A stretch of DNA of 64,000 nucleotides from Candidatus Omnitrophota bacterium (GCA_030650425.1 JAUSED010000009.1:142846-206845); one strand, 5' to 3'. Shown: positions 9,405-18,315, counted from the stretch's first letter. Numbers and translations are program-made. Notes: a model not told the origin generated them from the letters alone.

Positions 9405-9674
9405 ATGACTACATTAACTGTTACTGAAGCAAAGGCGCATTTTTTGGAGCTTATCAGAAATTCTGACGAAAGGCTTGAAAGATTTATCATAACTAAGCAG
9501 GGAAAGCCGGCAGCGGTAGTAATGAATGCCGATGAATTTGAAGGGTGGCTTGAAACTTTAGAAATAATGTCTGATAAAAAAGCTTTAGGAGAAATTAGAA
9601 AGGCAAAAAGAGAATTAGGACTGGGCAAGACTAAGAGCTTTAAAGAAGTTGTTGGCAGGCTGCAAAAAAATTAG
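9405..9674 (+). CDS. Phd/YefM-family antitoxin (module 2)
   Basis: GGAGG RBS before ATG 9405; MTTLTVTEAKAHFLELI...GKPAAVVMNADEFEGWLETLEI. Confidence 0.75.
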   Translation: MTTLTVTEAKAHFLELIRNSDERLERFIITKQGKPAAVVMNADEFEGWLETLEIMSDKKALGEIRKAKRELGLGKTKSFKEVVGRLQKN

Positions 9675-9675
9675 T

Positions 9676-9933
9676 ATGAGCTATCCTATCAGATTTTCGA
9701 ATACCGCTTCAGGCCAATTCCAAAAACTCAAAGATAAAAAACTTAAGGGAAGAATTACTTCAACATTAGAGTATATTGCCAGCGAACCCCTTATGGGCAA
9801 ACCCTTACAGGCGGAATTCAAAGGCTGTTATTCATATCGGGTTAGTGATTACAGAGTAATATATGCTTTCTCAAAGGCAGAAAAATCTATTGGCATAATT
9901 AGAATTGATCATAGAAGGGAAGTTTATAGGTAA
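9676..9933 (+). CDS. RelE/ParE-family toxin (module 2)
   Basis: ATG at 9676 two nt after antitoxin stop; C-terminus GCYSYRVSDYRVIYAFSKAEKSIGIIRIDHRREVY. Confidence 0.8.
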   Translation: MSYPIRFSNTASGQFQKLKDKKLKGRITSTLEYIASEPLMGKPLQAEFKGCYSYRVSDYRVIYAFSKAEKSIGIIRIDHRREVYR

Positions 9934-9987
9934 AACGCCCCAGGTTAAGCTGGAAAGCGTACCTTGTGTGCTTAGGAGGGCAGAAAG

Positions 9988-11022
9988 ATGAGAAAAATAT
10001 TCAAGCTATTTACCTTAATAATATTATTAGCTATGTTCGTTTTGCCTTCTGTTTATGCCGAAGTTCCGCACCTTATCAATTACCAAGGCCGGCTGACTGA
10101 TGCAAACGGAGTATCTTTAAATAACGCCTACAAAATTACTTTTAGGATATACGACGCTGAGAATGCCGGAACATTGCTCTGGCAAGGAACCTACAATAAC
10201 GTCTCAATCACCAAGGGCATCTTTAGCATCTTATTAGGTGATACCAATGACACCGGCTATAACTTCCAAATCCTTGCCTTTGATAAACCCTACTGGCTAG
10301 AGATTAAAGTCGGGGAAGATGCGCCGATGAAGCCGAGGCAGAGAATAACCAGTGTTGGATACGCGATAAAAGCGGAGAAGGCAGACTTTTTAACTACGCC
10401 GGCAGATCAAGGCGATATTCTTTATTATAATGGTTCTGCTTGGACAAAATTACCCGCAGGATCTCCAGGGCAATTTTTACAAACTCAAGGTGTTGGAAGT
10501 AGTCCTCAATGGGTTGCGCCTGCTTTTTCGAATATGCAAGTATTTACCTCCTCTGGAACTTGGATTAAACCAGCAGGAATAACTAAAGTATTGGTAAAAG
10601 TAATTGGTGGTGGAGGTGGTTCGAGTGGTAATTACAGTGGTCAGTATTCAGCATCAGGCGGTGGATCAGGTGGATATGCAGAGAAAATTTGCACAGTTAC
10701 CGGAAATGTTACGGTTACCGTAGGCGTAGGGGGAACTGGAAGCACCAATGCATCAATCATCCCTGGCGGAAACGGTGGAGATAGTTCTTTTGGAACTTTC
10801 TGTACTGCTGGTGGTGGTCAAGGTGGACAGATGACAGCTGCCCCTGGAACAGGTGGAACTGCAACTGAGGGAGATTTAAATGCAACCGGTTTTACTGGCA
10901 ATAAAGGAACCGGCAAAATGGACATACCTAATACCCAGAGTATGTTAGGTATCTCTTATGGATATGGTGGTGGCCCTAATGGAACTAATGGCGGTGCGGG
11001 TTTAGTTGTAGTTTATTGGTAA
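9988..11022 (+). CDS. Secreted glycine-rich protein (phage-tail-fibre-like Gly-rich C-terminal region)
   Basis: Signal peptide MRKIFKLFTLIILLAMFVLPSVYA; C-terminal half dominated by GGGGG/GxG runs; GGAG RBS. Confidence 0.55.
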   Translation: MRKIFKLFTLIILLAMFVLPSVYAEVPHLINYQGRLTDANGVSLNNAYKITFRIYDAENAGTLLWQGTYNNVSITKGIFSILLGDTNDTGYNFQILAFDKPYWLEIKVGEDAPMKPRQRITSVGYAIKAEKADFLTTPADQGDILYYNGSAWTKLPAGSPGQFLQTQGVGSSPQWVAPAFSNMQVFTSSGTWIKPAGITKVLVKVIGGGGGSSGNYSGQYSASGGGSGGYAEKICTVTGNVTVTVGVGGTGSTNASIIPGGNGGDSSFGTFCTAGGGQGGQMTAAPGTGGTATEGDLNATGFTGNKGTGKMDIPNTQSMLGISYGYGGGPNGTNGGAGLVVVYW

Positions 11023-11201
11023 TACGTTCAGAGAGACAGCCGAGAAAAAAATTAAAATTAAAAAATTAAAAAACACTTGACAAATAACGGGTTATATGTT
11101 AAAAAATAAAAAGTGCTGATGAATATCATCTAGGCAAATAAATTCTTTAGCCTAGTTTCAATATAAAAAACAAGGTATCATAAAAAAGGAGGAGAAAGAA
11201 A

Positions 11202-12500
11202 ATGAGTAAACGCTTAATTGTGGTATTAGCGCTTGTTTTTGTAGTCGGCTTAACCTTCGCCGCCTACGCTGAAGTGCAAAATGTGAAGGTGTCCGGAGAC
11301 TTGAATTTCTTGGCCATTGGCCGGGATAATTTCGATCTCGGAGTCGGAACACCAAACCTTAACAAAGGAAGGCTTTTTGGTACTCAGGCCCGTATCAGGA
11401 TTGACGCTGATCTGACTGATAATGTTATGACTACGATCAGGTTGATTAACGAAAGGAACTGGGGAAATAATACAACCGCTAACACTAACGCTAAAATTGA
11501 TCTGGATTTAGCCTATGTAACCCTGAAAGAATTCCTTTATTCTCCTTTGAGCGTTACAGTTGGCCGCCAAGAGATGAGATTCGGTAATGCTTTGATTATC
11601 GGTAACGGCAACCTTTTAACTAACGGTGCAGCCGATCTTTTTGGTTTCCCGAGAGACCTATCCTTACGGAAAGCGTTTGACGGCATCAAAGCAGTATTAA
11701 ACTACGATCCTTTGGTTGTTGATCTCATTTACGCAAAGGTCAGCAACGTTAATACCAACACTTCAGATTCCGACAATCTATTTGGTGTCAATGTTTCGTA
11801 TGATGTGAATAAGAAATTAAACGTTAATCCTTATGTGTTCGTCAAAGAAGATAAATCAGCAGTAGGAAATGCAGCTGGTATCGATAAAAAGAGAAACTCG
11901 GTTGTCACAACCGGTGCCCTCATCAGCGGTTCACCGATTGAAAATTTAAATACATCCTTAGAAGGCGCAGTACAATTTGGTAACAATAGGAACACTGCTG
12001 TTGCGAAAAAGCATGGCGGGTTCGCCTTACAAGGCTTGGCAGATTATACTTTCGCTAAAGTAAAATATACTCCGATGTTAGGGGCAGGTTACACTTATCT
12101 CTCCGGTAACAATAAAAAGGCTGGATGGGATGCAATGTTCACTGATCAGAGGCTAAACAGCATTACCTATGCGATATTGCCTTTTACTAACATGCAAGTA
12201 GTTAATATTAAAGGTAGCGCAAAGCCAATTGATGACGTGACTCTTATGGCGAATTACGGTTTCTATCGCTTAAACAAAGCAGTCACTACCATTACCAATG
12301 CTTATACCTCAACTGCTATGAACATGAATACTAGTAAAAAAGACTTAGGCAGTGCCCTTGATTTAACTGCACTGTATGACTATACCGAAGATGTACAAAT
12401 AGGTCTTACCTATGGTGTATTTTGGAAAGGTACTGCTTTCGTCGGGAGTAAAGGCGACTCAGCTACTCAGTTAATCGGTTCAATGAAAGTTACATTCTAA
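11202..12500 (+). CDS. Outer-membrane beta-barrel (porin-like) protein
   Basis: Signal peptide ...LTFAAYA; alternating beta-strand pattern; C-terminal ...SMKVTF with terminal Phe; AAGGAGG RBS. Confidence 0.6.
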   Translation: MSKRLIVVLALVFVVGLTFAAYAEVQNVKVSGDLNFLAIGRDNFDLGVGTPNLNKGRLFGTQARIRIDADLTDNVMTTIRLINERNWGNNTTANTNAKIDLDLAYVTLKEFLYSPLSVTVGRQEMRFGNALIIGNGNLLTNGAADLFGFPRDLSLRKAFDGIKAVLNYDPLVVDLIYAKVSNVNTNTSDSDNLFGVNVSYDVNKKLNVNPYVFVKEDKSAVGNAAGIDKKRNSVVTTGALISGSPIENLNTSLEGAVQFGNNRNTAVAKKHGGFALQGLADYTFAKVKYTPMLGAGYTYLSGNNKKAGWDAMFTDQRLNSITYAILPFTNMQVVNIKGSAKPIDDVTLMANYGFYRLNKAVTTITNAYTSTAMNMNTSKKDLGSALDLTALYDYTEDVQIGLTYGVFWKGTAFVGSKGDSATQLIGSMKVTF

Positions 12501-12522
12501 GTCAGTTTATGTAAAGCAATAC

Positions 12523-12558
12523 CTACCCTCGGGAGAGAAATCTCCCGAGGGTTTTTTA
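12523..12558 (+). terminator. Rho-independent terminator
   Basis: ccctcgggagagaaatctcccgagggtttttt: 10-bp GC stem plus T-tract right after the OMP stop. Confidence 0.8.
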
Positions 12559-12565
12559 ATATAGA

Positions 12566-12614
12566 GTCATCCCCGTGAAAACGGGAAACTGATCCCCGCT
12601 TTCGCGGGGATGAC
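12566..12614. repeat. GTCATCCCCG...CGGGGATGAC double-hairpin palindromic element
   Basis: gtcatccccgtgaaaacgggaaactgatccccgctttcgcggggatgac: 10-bp outer inverted repeat plus two inner hairpins. Confidence 0.75.
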
Positions 12615-12626
12615 AATACGAATAAT

Positions 12627-14186
12627 ATGTTATATCTCGCCTTTATCTTCCATATGCACCAGCCGTATTATAAAGATCTGCTCACGCGCCAGACAGATCT
12701 GCCTTGGGTTAGGCTGCATGGGGTCAAAGACTATCTGGATATGGTGCAAATCCTTGAGAAATTCCCCAAGATTCATCAAACCTTTAACATTGTTCCGTCA
12801 TTACTGGAACAGGTCGAAGATTACACTGCCAGAGAGGTTAAGGATAAATTCCTCGAGCTTTCCTATAAACGAGCCGAAGATTTAGCCCCTAATGATAAAG
12901 ATTTTATCCTCAGTAATTTCTTTTCAATCAATAAAGAAAAGGTCATCGCGTTTTTCCCGCGTTATTATGAATTGTATTTCAAGAAGCAAAAGAAACAGGA
13001 ATTCAACACTCAAGATTTCTTAGACCTGCAGGTCTGGTTCAATTTAGCCTGGATTGACCCGTGTTTCCGCCAAAGATTTCCGGAATTAAAAAATCTTGTT
13101 TCCAAAGGAAGATTTTTTAGCGAAGAGGAGAAACAAATAGTTCTAGATAAGCAACTGGCTATCTTGGAAGAAATTATTCCTAATTACAAAAAGTTTTGCG
13201 GCTCCGAACAAATAGAATTAAGCGTTAGCCCGTATTATCACCCGATATTGCCGCTGCTTTACAGCACTAATGCCGCCAAAGAAGCTAATCATCAAAGCCT
13301 TTTGCCAAAGTCGGAATTCCGATATCCCGATGACGCAAAAGCTCAAATCGAATCTTCGGTTAAGTTTTACCGGGAGAGATTTAGAATAGCCCCAAAAGGG
13401 ATGTGGCCTTCCGAAGAATCAGTCTGCGAAAATATCCTGCCGCTTATGATCAACGCCGGAATAAAATGGATTGTCACCGACGAGGCCATACTCTTTAAGT
13501 CCTTAAAAAAGAAAAAACGGGAAACGGCGCTGCTTTATCAGCCGCATTTATTAAAGAGAGATAACGGGGAATTAAAAATAATCTTCCGTGACCGCAATCT
13601 TTCGGACTTACTCGGCTTTGTTTACCATACTTGGAAAACGGAAAACGCGGTAGCGGATTTCATAGAGCACCTGAATAATATAAACAAGGCATTTAAGGGT
13701 GAGGATACTCTAGTCACAATAGCTATGGACGGAGAGAATGCCTGGGAATATTATACTAATGATGGCCATGATTTCTTAGAGCTGCTTTACCAGCGTTTAT
13801 CCGAATCCGATTTTATCAAGGTAACCAGAGTATCCGAATATTTGGAAAAACATCCGGTTAAATCTAAAATCCGGCATTTAAGCGCGGGTTCATGGATCTA
13901 CGGAAATTTTAATAAATGGATGGGGAATCCTTATAAGGTAAAAGCCTGGGAATGGCTGCTTGAGGCAAGAAAAAAACTCGAGAAAATTAACGCGGATGGA
14001 ACAAATACAAAAACCGCATTGGCTTGGAAACAAATATATATCTTAGAAGGAAGTGATTGGTTCTGGTGGTACGGTGAAGACCCGGATGGCTCTTTTGATA
14101 AGCTCTTTCGCCTGCACTTAAGAAACTTCTATACGATCATCGAAGAACCCATTCCGAAATATTTAGAGAACCCTCTAAGTACTTGA
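12627..14186 (+). CDS. Glycoside hydrolase family 57 enzyme (alpha-glucan branching enzyme or amylase-like)
   Basis: N-terminal FIFHMHQPYY (GH57 HQP motif); MDGENAWEYY catalytic-region motif; 519 aa, in the size range of GH57 branching enzymes. Confidence 0.75.
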   Translation: MLYLAFIFHMHQPYYKDLLTRQTDLPWVRLHGVKDYLDMVQILEKFPKIHQTFNIVPSLLEQVEDYTAREVKDKFLELSYKRAEDLAPNDKDFILSNFFSINKEKVIAFFPRYYELYFKKQKKQEFNTQDFLDLQVWFNLAWIDPCFRQRFPELKNLVSKGRFFSEEEKQIVLDKQLAILEEIIPNYKKFCGSEQIELSVSPYYHPILPLLYSTNAAKEANHQSLLPKSEFRYPDDAKAQIESSVKFYRERFRIAPKGMWPSEESVCENILPLMINAGIKWIVTDEAILFKSLKKKKRETALLYQPHLLKRDNGELKIIFRDRNLSDLLGFVYHTWKTENAVADFIEHLNNINKAFKGEDTLVTIAMDGENAWEYYTNDGHDFLELLYQRLSESDFIKVTRVSEYLEKHPVKSKIRHLSAGSWIYGNFNKWMGNPYKVKAWEWLLEARKKLEKINADGTNTKTALAWKQIYILEGSDWFWWYGEDPDGSFDKLFRLHLRNFYTIIEEPIPKYLENPLST

Positions 14187-14785
14187 CAGGCAATGCTTTT
14201 TATGCTATAAATAGTAAAATTGAAATGGATAAAAAAGAGATCTACGAACATTTAGCCAAGATTTATCTGGATGCCTCATCTAAAAAAAAGAAAAGGCATA
14301 AAGCCTACCCGAAACTTTTAAATAATCTGTTTATCATAGGAATATTTATAGTCATCGGGCTGACTACTACATTATTTTCTTCCGCAACTAGAAAAAACCT
14401 AAATACTGAAACCGCGCTCATCCTGCAAAATGACCACGCAAAGATAAACTTCAATTTTGACCCGGCAAAAAAAGAAACTTACACCCTGAATTTAAAACGG
14501 CTTAACCTAACTCACTCCAAGCAACTGGCTTTCTCAGTGAGAAATATAAATCCTAAAGATAAAATAACCCTGCGCGTTGAATTTACCAATGCCTTCAAAG
14601 AAAAATCCGAAGTCTACGTCAGAAACATCCCTTCTAAATGGAAGGATTTTGAAATCAGCCTCTCTGAATTTAAAAATATAAATGACTGGTCTGAAATCAC
14701 AAGCCTTGTTTTTTCGGTCGAAGAGTGGAATGCCTCGCAGAAAAAAGGCGTAGTTTATATAGATAATGTCCGGCTTTTAAAGTAA
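14183..14785 (+). CDS. Hypothetical membrane-anchored protein, translationally coupled to the GH57 gene
   Basis: Overlaps GH57 stop by 4 nt; one TM segment LFIIGIFIVIGLTTTLF; exact start uncertain. Confidence 0.4.
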   Translation: MTGNAFYAINSKIEMDKKEIYEHLAKIYLDASSKKKKRHKAYPKLLNNLFIIGIFIVIGLTTTLFSSATRKNLNTETALILQNDHAKINFNFDPAKKETYTLNLKRLNLTHSKQLAFSVRNINPKDKITLRVEFTNAFKEKSEVYVRNIPSKWKDFEISLSEFKNINDWSEITSLVFSVEEWNASQKKGVVYIDNVRLLK

Positions 14786-14819
14786 ACCGGGGTTATACAA
14801 CCCAAAGGAGGAAAATTTT

Positions 14820-15956
14820 ATGCGCATAATCGCTATCACTAATCAAAAAGGCGGTTGCGGTAAAACGACGACATCGGTTAATTTAGCGGCATCTTTAGCT
14901 ACCAATGGCCGGAAGGTACTACTCATAGACATTGACCCGCAGGCGCACGCTAGCTTAGGGCTGAACATAAAATCTTCTTTAAGTATTTATAATGTCTTAT
15001 CCAAAATCGCGCATCAAAGGGCAAAATTAGAAGATATCATTCAAAACATAGGCCCGGACTTCGACATCGCCCCATCCAGCATCATCTTGAGCACATTAGA
15101 ACAGGAATTAGCCGGAGAGATAGGCAGAGAATCCCGGCTCTGGGATACCCTAAGCAATCTTAAGGGAGTCTACGATTACGTGCTGATTGATTGCCCTCCA
15201 AACCTTGGAATCTTGACCATTAACGCTATCCGCGCAGCCAACGAAGTGATTATACCGGTAGAAGCCAGCAGGTTCTCGTTGGAAGGAATGGACCAATTAA
15301 TCAGCATAGTGAACTTAGTCAGGGACCGCCTGAATCATACGGTGAGCGTGAGAGTATTAGTCACTAATTTCGATTCGCGCCTCGCGCATTCTTTTAAAAT
15401 GCTGGAAAAGATAAAGGTCGATTTTAAGGATAAGCTCTTCAGTAACATTATCCACGTGAACGTAAGGTTAAAAGAAGCTCAAAATCAAGGAACACATATC
15501 TTTAATTATGATAAATACAGCCGCGGCGCCAAAGACTACTTTAGCCTTTCACGGGAAATTATTACTCTGGAAGATGGGTCTAAGGCTCCGCTTAAACCGG
15601 AAAAAGAACTTAAGATCACGGTTAAACCTGCCGCGGCTTTAGAGAAAAAAATGAATGAAATACTTAAAAAAGAACTCCCTAAGCTTACGGAAGTGAAATT
15701 CTCGATCCTTGCCCCGGAAGCAAAAGACGTCTATGTTGCCGGCGAATTCAATAACTGGAAACTTGAAGACGCCACCCGAATGACTAAGAGTAACGGAAAC
15801 GGAACTTGGAGCAAGGCGTTAAGTTTATCCAACGGTAAATACCGCTATCGTTTTGTGATTGACGGAAATTGGGTCGAAGACTCCAGCAACCCTTTAAAAG
15901 AAGTTAATCCTTACGGCTCAGTTGATTCCCTGATTGAAATCAGCGCTAAAAAATAG
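14820..15956 (+). CDS. ParA/MinD-family ATPase fused to a C-terminal CBM48/AMPK-beta-type glycogen-binding module
   Basis: Deviant Walker A KGGCGKTT; C-terminus VKFSILAPEAKDVYVAGEFNNWK...GTWSKALSLSNGKYRYRFVIDGNWVEDSSNP matches the CBM48/GBD pattern; AAAGGAGG RBS. Confidence 0.8.
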   Translation: MRIIAITNQKGGCGKTTTSVNLAASLATNGRKVLLIDIDPQAHASLGLNIKSSLSIYNVLSKIAHQRAKLEDIIQNIGPDFDIAPSSIILSTLEQELAGEIGRESRLWDTLSNLKGVYDYVLIDCPPNLGILTINAIRAANEVIIPVEASRFSLEGMDQLISIVNLVRDRLNHTVSVRVLVTNFDSRLAHSFKMLEKIKVDFKDKLFSNIIHVNVRLKEAQNQGTHIFNYDKYSRGAKDYFSLSREIITLEDGSKAPLKPEKELKITVKPAAALEKKMNEILKKELPKLTEVKFSILAPEAKDVYVAGEFNNWKLEDATRMTKSNGNGTWSKALSLSNGKYRYRFVIDGNWVEDSSNPLKEVNPYGSVDSLIEISAKK

Positions 15957-16012
15957 CACCCCGCGCTTATAAGGAATTGCGCGGGTATGCCTTTCCGGGC
16001 AAGGAGGTGCGT

Positions 16013-16408
16013 ATGGTATTAAAAAAGAAGACTAAGAAAAAGGTGGTTACGGTTAAGAAAAAGGCGTTAAAAAATAAAACTCCGAAGAAAATAGCTACAA
16101 AGAAACCCGCGAAGAAAAGCGTATCCAAAAAGAAACCGGCAGTTATCAAAGTTAAGAAAGCAAAGGAGAGAGTAATAGGAACCATTACGCATTATTTCCC
16201 GCATGTGCAGGCAGCGGTAATCAAATTAAAGGCTCCTTTAGCGGCGGGACAGACAATTAAAATTAAGGGCCATACCACAGATTTTATCCAAGCCATAACC
16301 TCGATGCAGATTGACCGCGTTCCAATAAATTCAGCTAAGGCCGGCCAAGAGATCGGATTATTGGTTAATTCCAGGGTCAGGCAGGGAGATTTAGTTTATA
16401 AAGCCTAA
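16013..16408 (+). CDS. Lysine-rich histone-H1-like protein with a C-terminal beta-barrel-like domain
   Basis: AAGGAGG RBS then ATG; about 50 N-terminal residues are more than 50% Lys (KKKTKKKVVTVKKKALKNKTPKK...). Confidence 0.5.
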   Translation: MVLKKKTKKKVVTVKKKALKNKTPKKIATKKPAKKSVSKKKPAVIKVKKAKERVIGTITHYFPHVQAAVIKLKAPLAAGQTIKIKGHTTDFIQAITSMQIDRVPINSAKAGQEIGLLVNSRVRQGDLVYKA

Positions 16409-16421
16409 AAAGGAGGGAGAG

Positions 16422-16604
16422 TTGAGACTTTCAGAGGTTGAAAAAAAAGCTAAGAACTTAGGGATCAAAGACACGTGGAGGTTATCGAAGAAAGACTTAA
16501 TCAAAACTATCCAGCGCACCGAAGGAAATACCGCCTGCTTTGCCACAGCTCGTAATTATTGTGACCAGCTGATCTGCTGTTGGAGGAGCGACTGCGTAAA
16601 ATGA
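16422..16604 (+). CDS. Small Rho_N-like (Rho termination factor N-terminal domain-like) protein with Cys-rich tail
   Basis: LSEVEKKAKNLGIKDTWRLSKKDLIKTIQ resembles Rho_N/SAP-like motif; CFATARNYCDQLICCWRSDC tail. Confidence 0.4.
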   Translation: MRLSEVEKKAKNLGIKDTWRLSKKDLIKTIQRTEGNTACFATARNYCDQLICCWRSDCVK

Positions 16605-16786
16605 AATATAAATGCCAGATCTGCGAACGAGATATCGATGATTTTGCCAGCTTGGCCCACATTAAGGCTGAGGAATATCTGCTGGAGCTAATCAGGCGCG
16701 ACCATCCTGAATGGCATGAAAGTAAGAAAACCTGCCATAAATGCGTCGATTACTACCGTAAATTAGTCAAAGAAAACGAAGTTTAG
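16580..16786 (+). CDS. Small zinc-finger protein (CxxC...CxxC)
   Basis: KCQICERD...CHKCVDYY; likely starts at the internal Met near 16601. Confidence 0.4.
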   Translation: MEERLRKMKYKCQICERDIDDFASLAHIKAEEYLLELIRRDHPEWHESKKTCHKCVDYYRKLVKENEV

Positions 16787-16899
16787 GATTAGCTAAATAA
16801 AGTTAGATACAAGCCGTAGCGGACACTTAAATGTCCGCTACGATTACAATAAGGCTATCTTTTAGAGTAGGTACCCATAATAAATACGGCGTTAAAACT

Positions 16900-16915
16900 C
16901 GGTAAGTTTAAGTAA
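16900..16915. repeat. Left 16-bp inverted repeat bracketing the DUF134-LAGLIDADG-HTH module
   Basis: cggtaagtttaagtaa; exact reverse complement at 18316..18331. Confidence 0.8.
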
Positions 16916-16922
16916 GCTTCTT

Positions 16923-17249
16923 ATGCAGACACGCGGCAGGCCAAAAAAATACAGGATAGTGCATCTTGACCCTAAAATAAGCCAGTTTAGCCCAAGGGGC
17001 AGGCCCGGCAGGCCTAATGAAGTGGACCTGAGCATGGATGAATTCGAGTCATTACGGCTGGCTGATCATATGGGATTACCGCAGAAAGAGGCAGCTAAAT
17101 CCATGCGTATATCTCAACAAACCTTTAGCCGGATATTAAAGAGAGCGCATAGAAGCATTGCTAACGCATTAGTTAATGGCAATACCATAAGAATACAGGG
17201 CGGCCATTACGTAATCAGTTCCCGAGAAGAGAATGAGAAAACTATCTGA
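16923..17249 (+). CDS. DUF134/UPF0251-like HTH DNA-binding protein
   Basis: PRGRPGRP...LSMDEFESLRLADHMGLPQKEAAKSMRISQQTFSRILKRAHRSIANAL (sigma-70 region 4-like HTH). Confidence 0.65.
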   Translation: MQTRGRPKKYRIVHLDPKISQFSPRGRPGRPNEVDLSMDEFESLRLADHMGLPQKEAAKSMRISQQTFSRILKRAHRSIANALVNGNTIRIQGGHYVISSREENEKTI

Positions 17250-17895
17250 CTTAAGCAAAGAAAAATTAACCAGCCTATACCTTAACGAAAAGAAATCCAT
17301 GGGAGATATAGCTAAAATCTATGGCGTTTCCCGGACAGCGATATATAAAAGACTGAAAATATATGCTATAAAACAACGTTCTAAGTCAGAAGCAAGGATT
17401 GAAGCACAGAAACAAGATAAACTTCCCCAATTAATTGAGAAGGTTAAAAAGGTTACTGGCTCAGAACATAAAATAACGCCATCTAGACACCAGAAAGGAT
17501 TATATTACTTTCATTTCGCCAGAGAAAAACTTGCGGCGGATTTAGCGAAACTCGGTGTTTTACCCAGAAAGAGCCTAACAGTCAAATTCCCGCAGGTTCC
17601 AGAAAAACACCTGGCTGATTTCATAAGAGGAATCTTTGACGGTGATGGCAGTGTGTTCTTTGATAAGCGCCGGCCAAAATTCCCCTTACGATCAAAGTTT
17701 GTTAGTGGTTCGGAGGCCTTTATAGAAGGATTACAAAAGGCCATTGAAGATTATTTAGGTATGCCTAAAAGGACAATTTATAAACAAAAAACCAAGAATG
17801 GATGGAGTCATATGTTTATATATGGACATAAAGACAGCACAAAATTGTTTGAAATTTTATATAAAAATACCCAAAATGGGCTATTTAGAACGTAA
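17233..17895 (+). CDS. Free-standing LAGLIDADG-family homing-endonuclease-like protein with N-terminal HTH
   Basis: LAGLIDADG motif FIRGIFDGDGSV; N-terminal HTH MGDIAKIYGVSRTAIYKRLK; overlaps upstream gene by 17 nt. Confidence 0.7.
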   Translation: MRKLSDLSKEKLTSLYLNEKKSMGDIAKIYGVSRTAIYKRLKIYAIKQRSKSEARIEAQKQDKLPQLIEKVKKVTGSEHKITPSRHQKGLYYFHFAREKLAADLAKLGVLPRKSLTVKFPQVPEKHLADFIRGIFDGDGSVFFDKRRPKFPLRSKFVSGSEAFIEGLQKAIEDYLGMPKRTIYKQKTKNGWSHMFIYGHKDSTKLFEILYKNTQNGLFRT

Positions 17896-17945
17896 ATACA
17901 ACCGTTTTTTAGAGGGTTTAAAAGGAATTTAAGGAAGCATATACT

Positions 17946-18131
17946 ATGGATGGACGGCTTAAAGAATGGGTAGATTGGCATAAAGGACAGATTAGCAGTT
18001 TCCACACCAAGGACTTAGCGGCAAATTTAGGAGTTTCAACCCGGACAATTCAACGCTGGATAAAAGAACAGACAAAGCCCAAGGAAGATCAATTACAGAG
18101 AATCACGCAGTACGTAAAGGAAAACAGTTAA
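17946..18131 (+). CDS. Small HTH protein
   Basis: LAANLGVSTRTIQRWIKEQ helix-turn-helix. Confidence 0.45.
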   Translation: MDGRLKEWVDWHKGQISSFHTKDLAANLGVSTRTIQRWIKEQTKPKEDQLQRITQYVKENS

Positions 18132-18315
18132 AGGGGAAGCACAAAGGCAATTAACCGATAAAAACAGTCGGTTTTCTTATATGCTTGTATGTCGCACAAG
18201 TGCCCATAATATATCTTATGTTAACTTCAACATATTGGCTAATCTGCTCTAAAGCCTTGGTTGGTAATGGGTTGAATGAGGCCTGTGTTTTCCTGTGGAT
18301 AAGCACTTTTTCATT

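Noticed and set aside
15956-16012. Hairpin cccgcgc...gcgcggg after the ParA-CBM48 gene as a terminator
   Set aside because: No downstream U-tract; an RBS and start codon follow immediately, so read-through into the Lys-rich gene is more likely.
17233-17895. Intein or group-I-intron context for the LAGLIDADG protein
   Set aside because: No flanking host-gene halves and no intron-like structure. The ORF has its own HTH N-terminus and overlaps the upstream gene, so it is free-standing.
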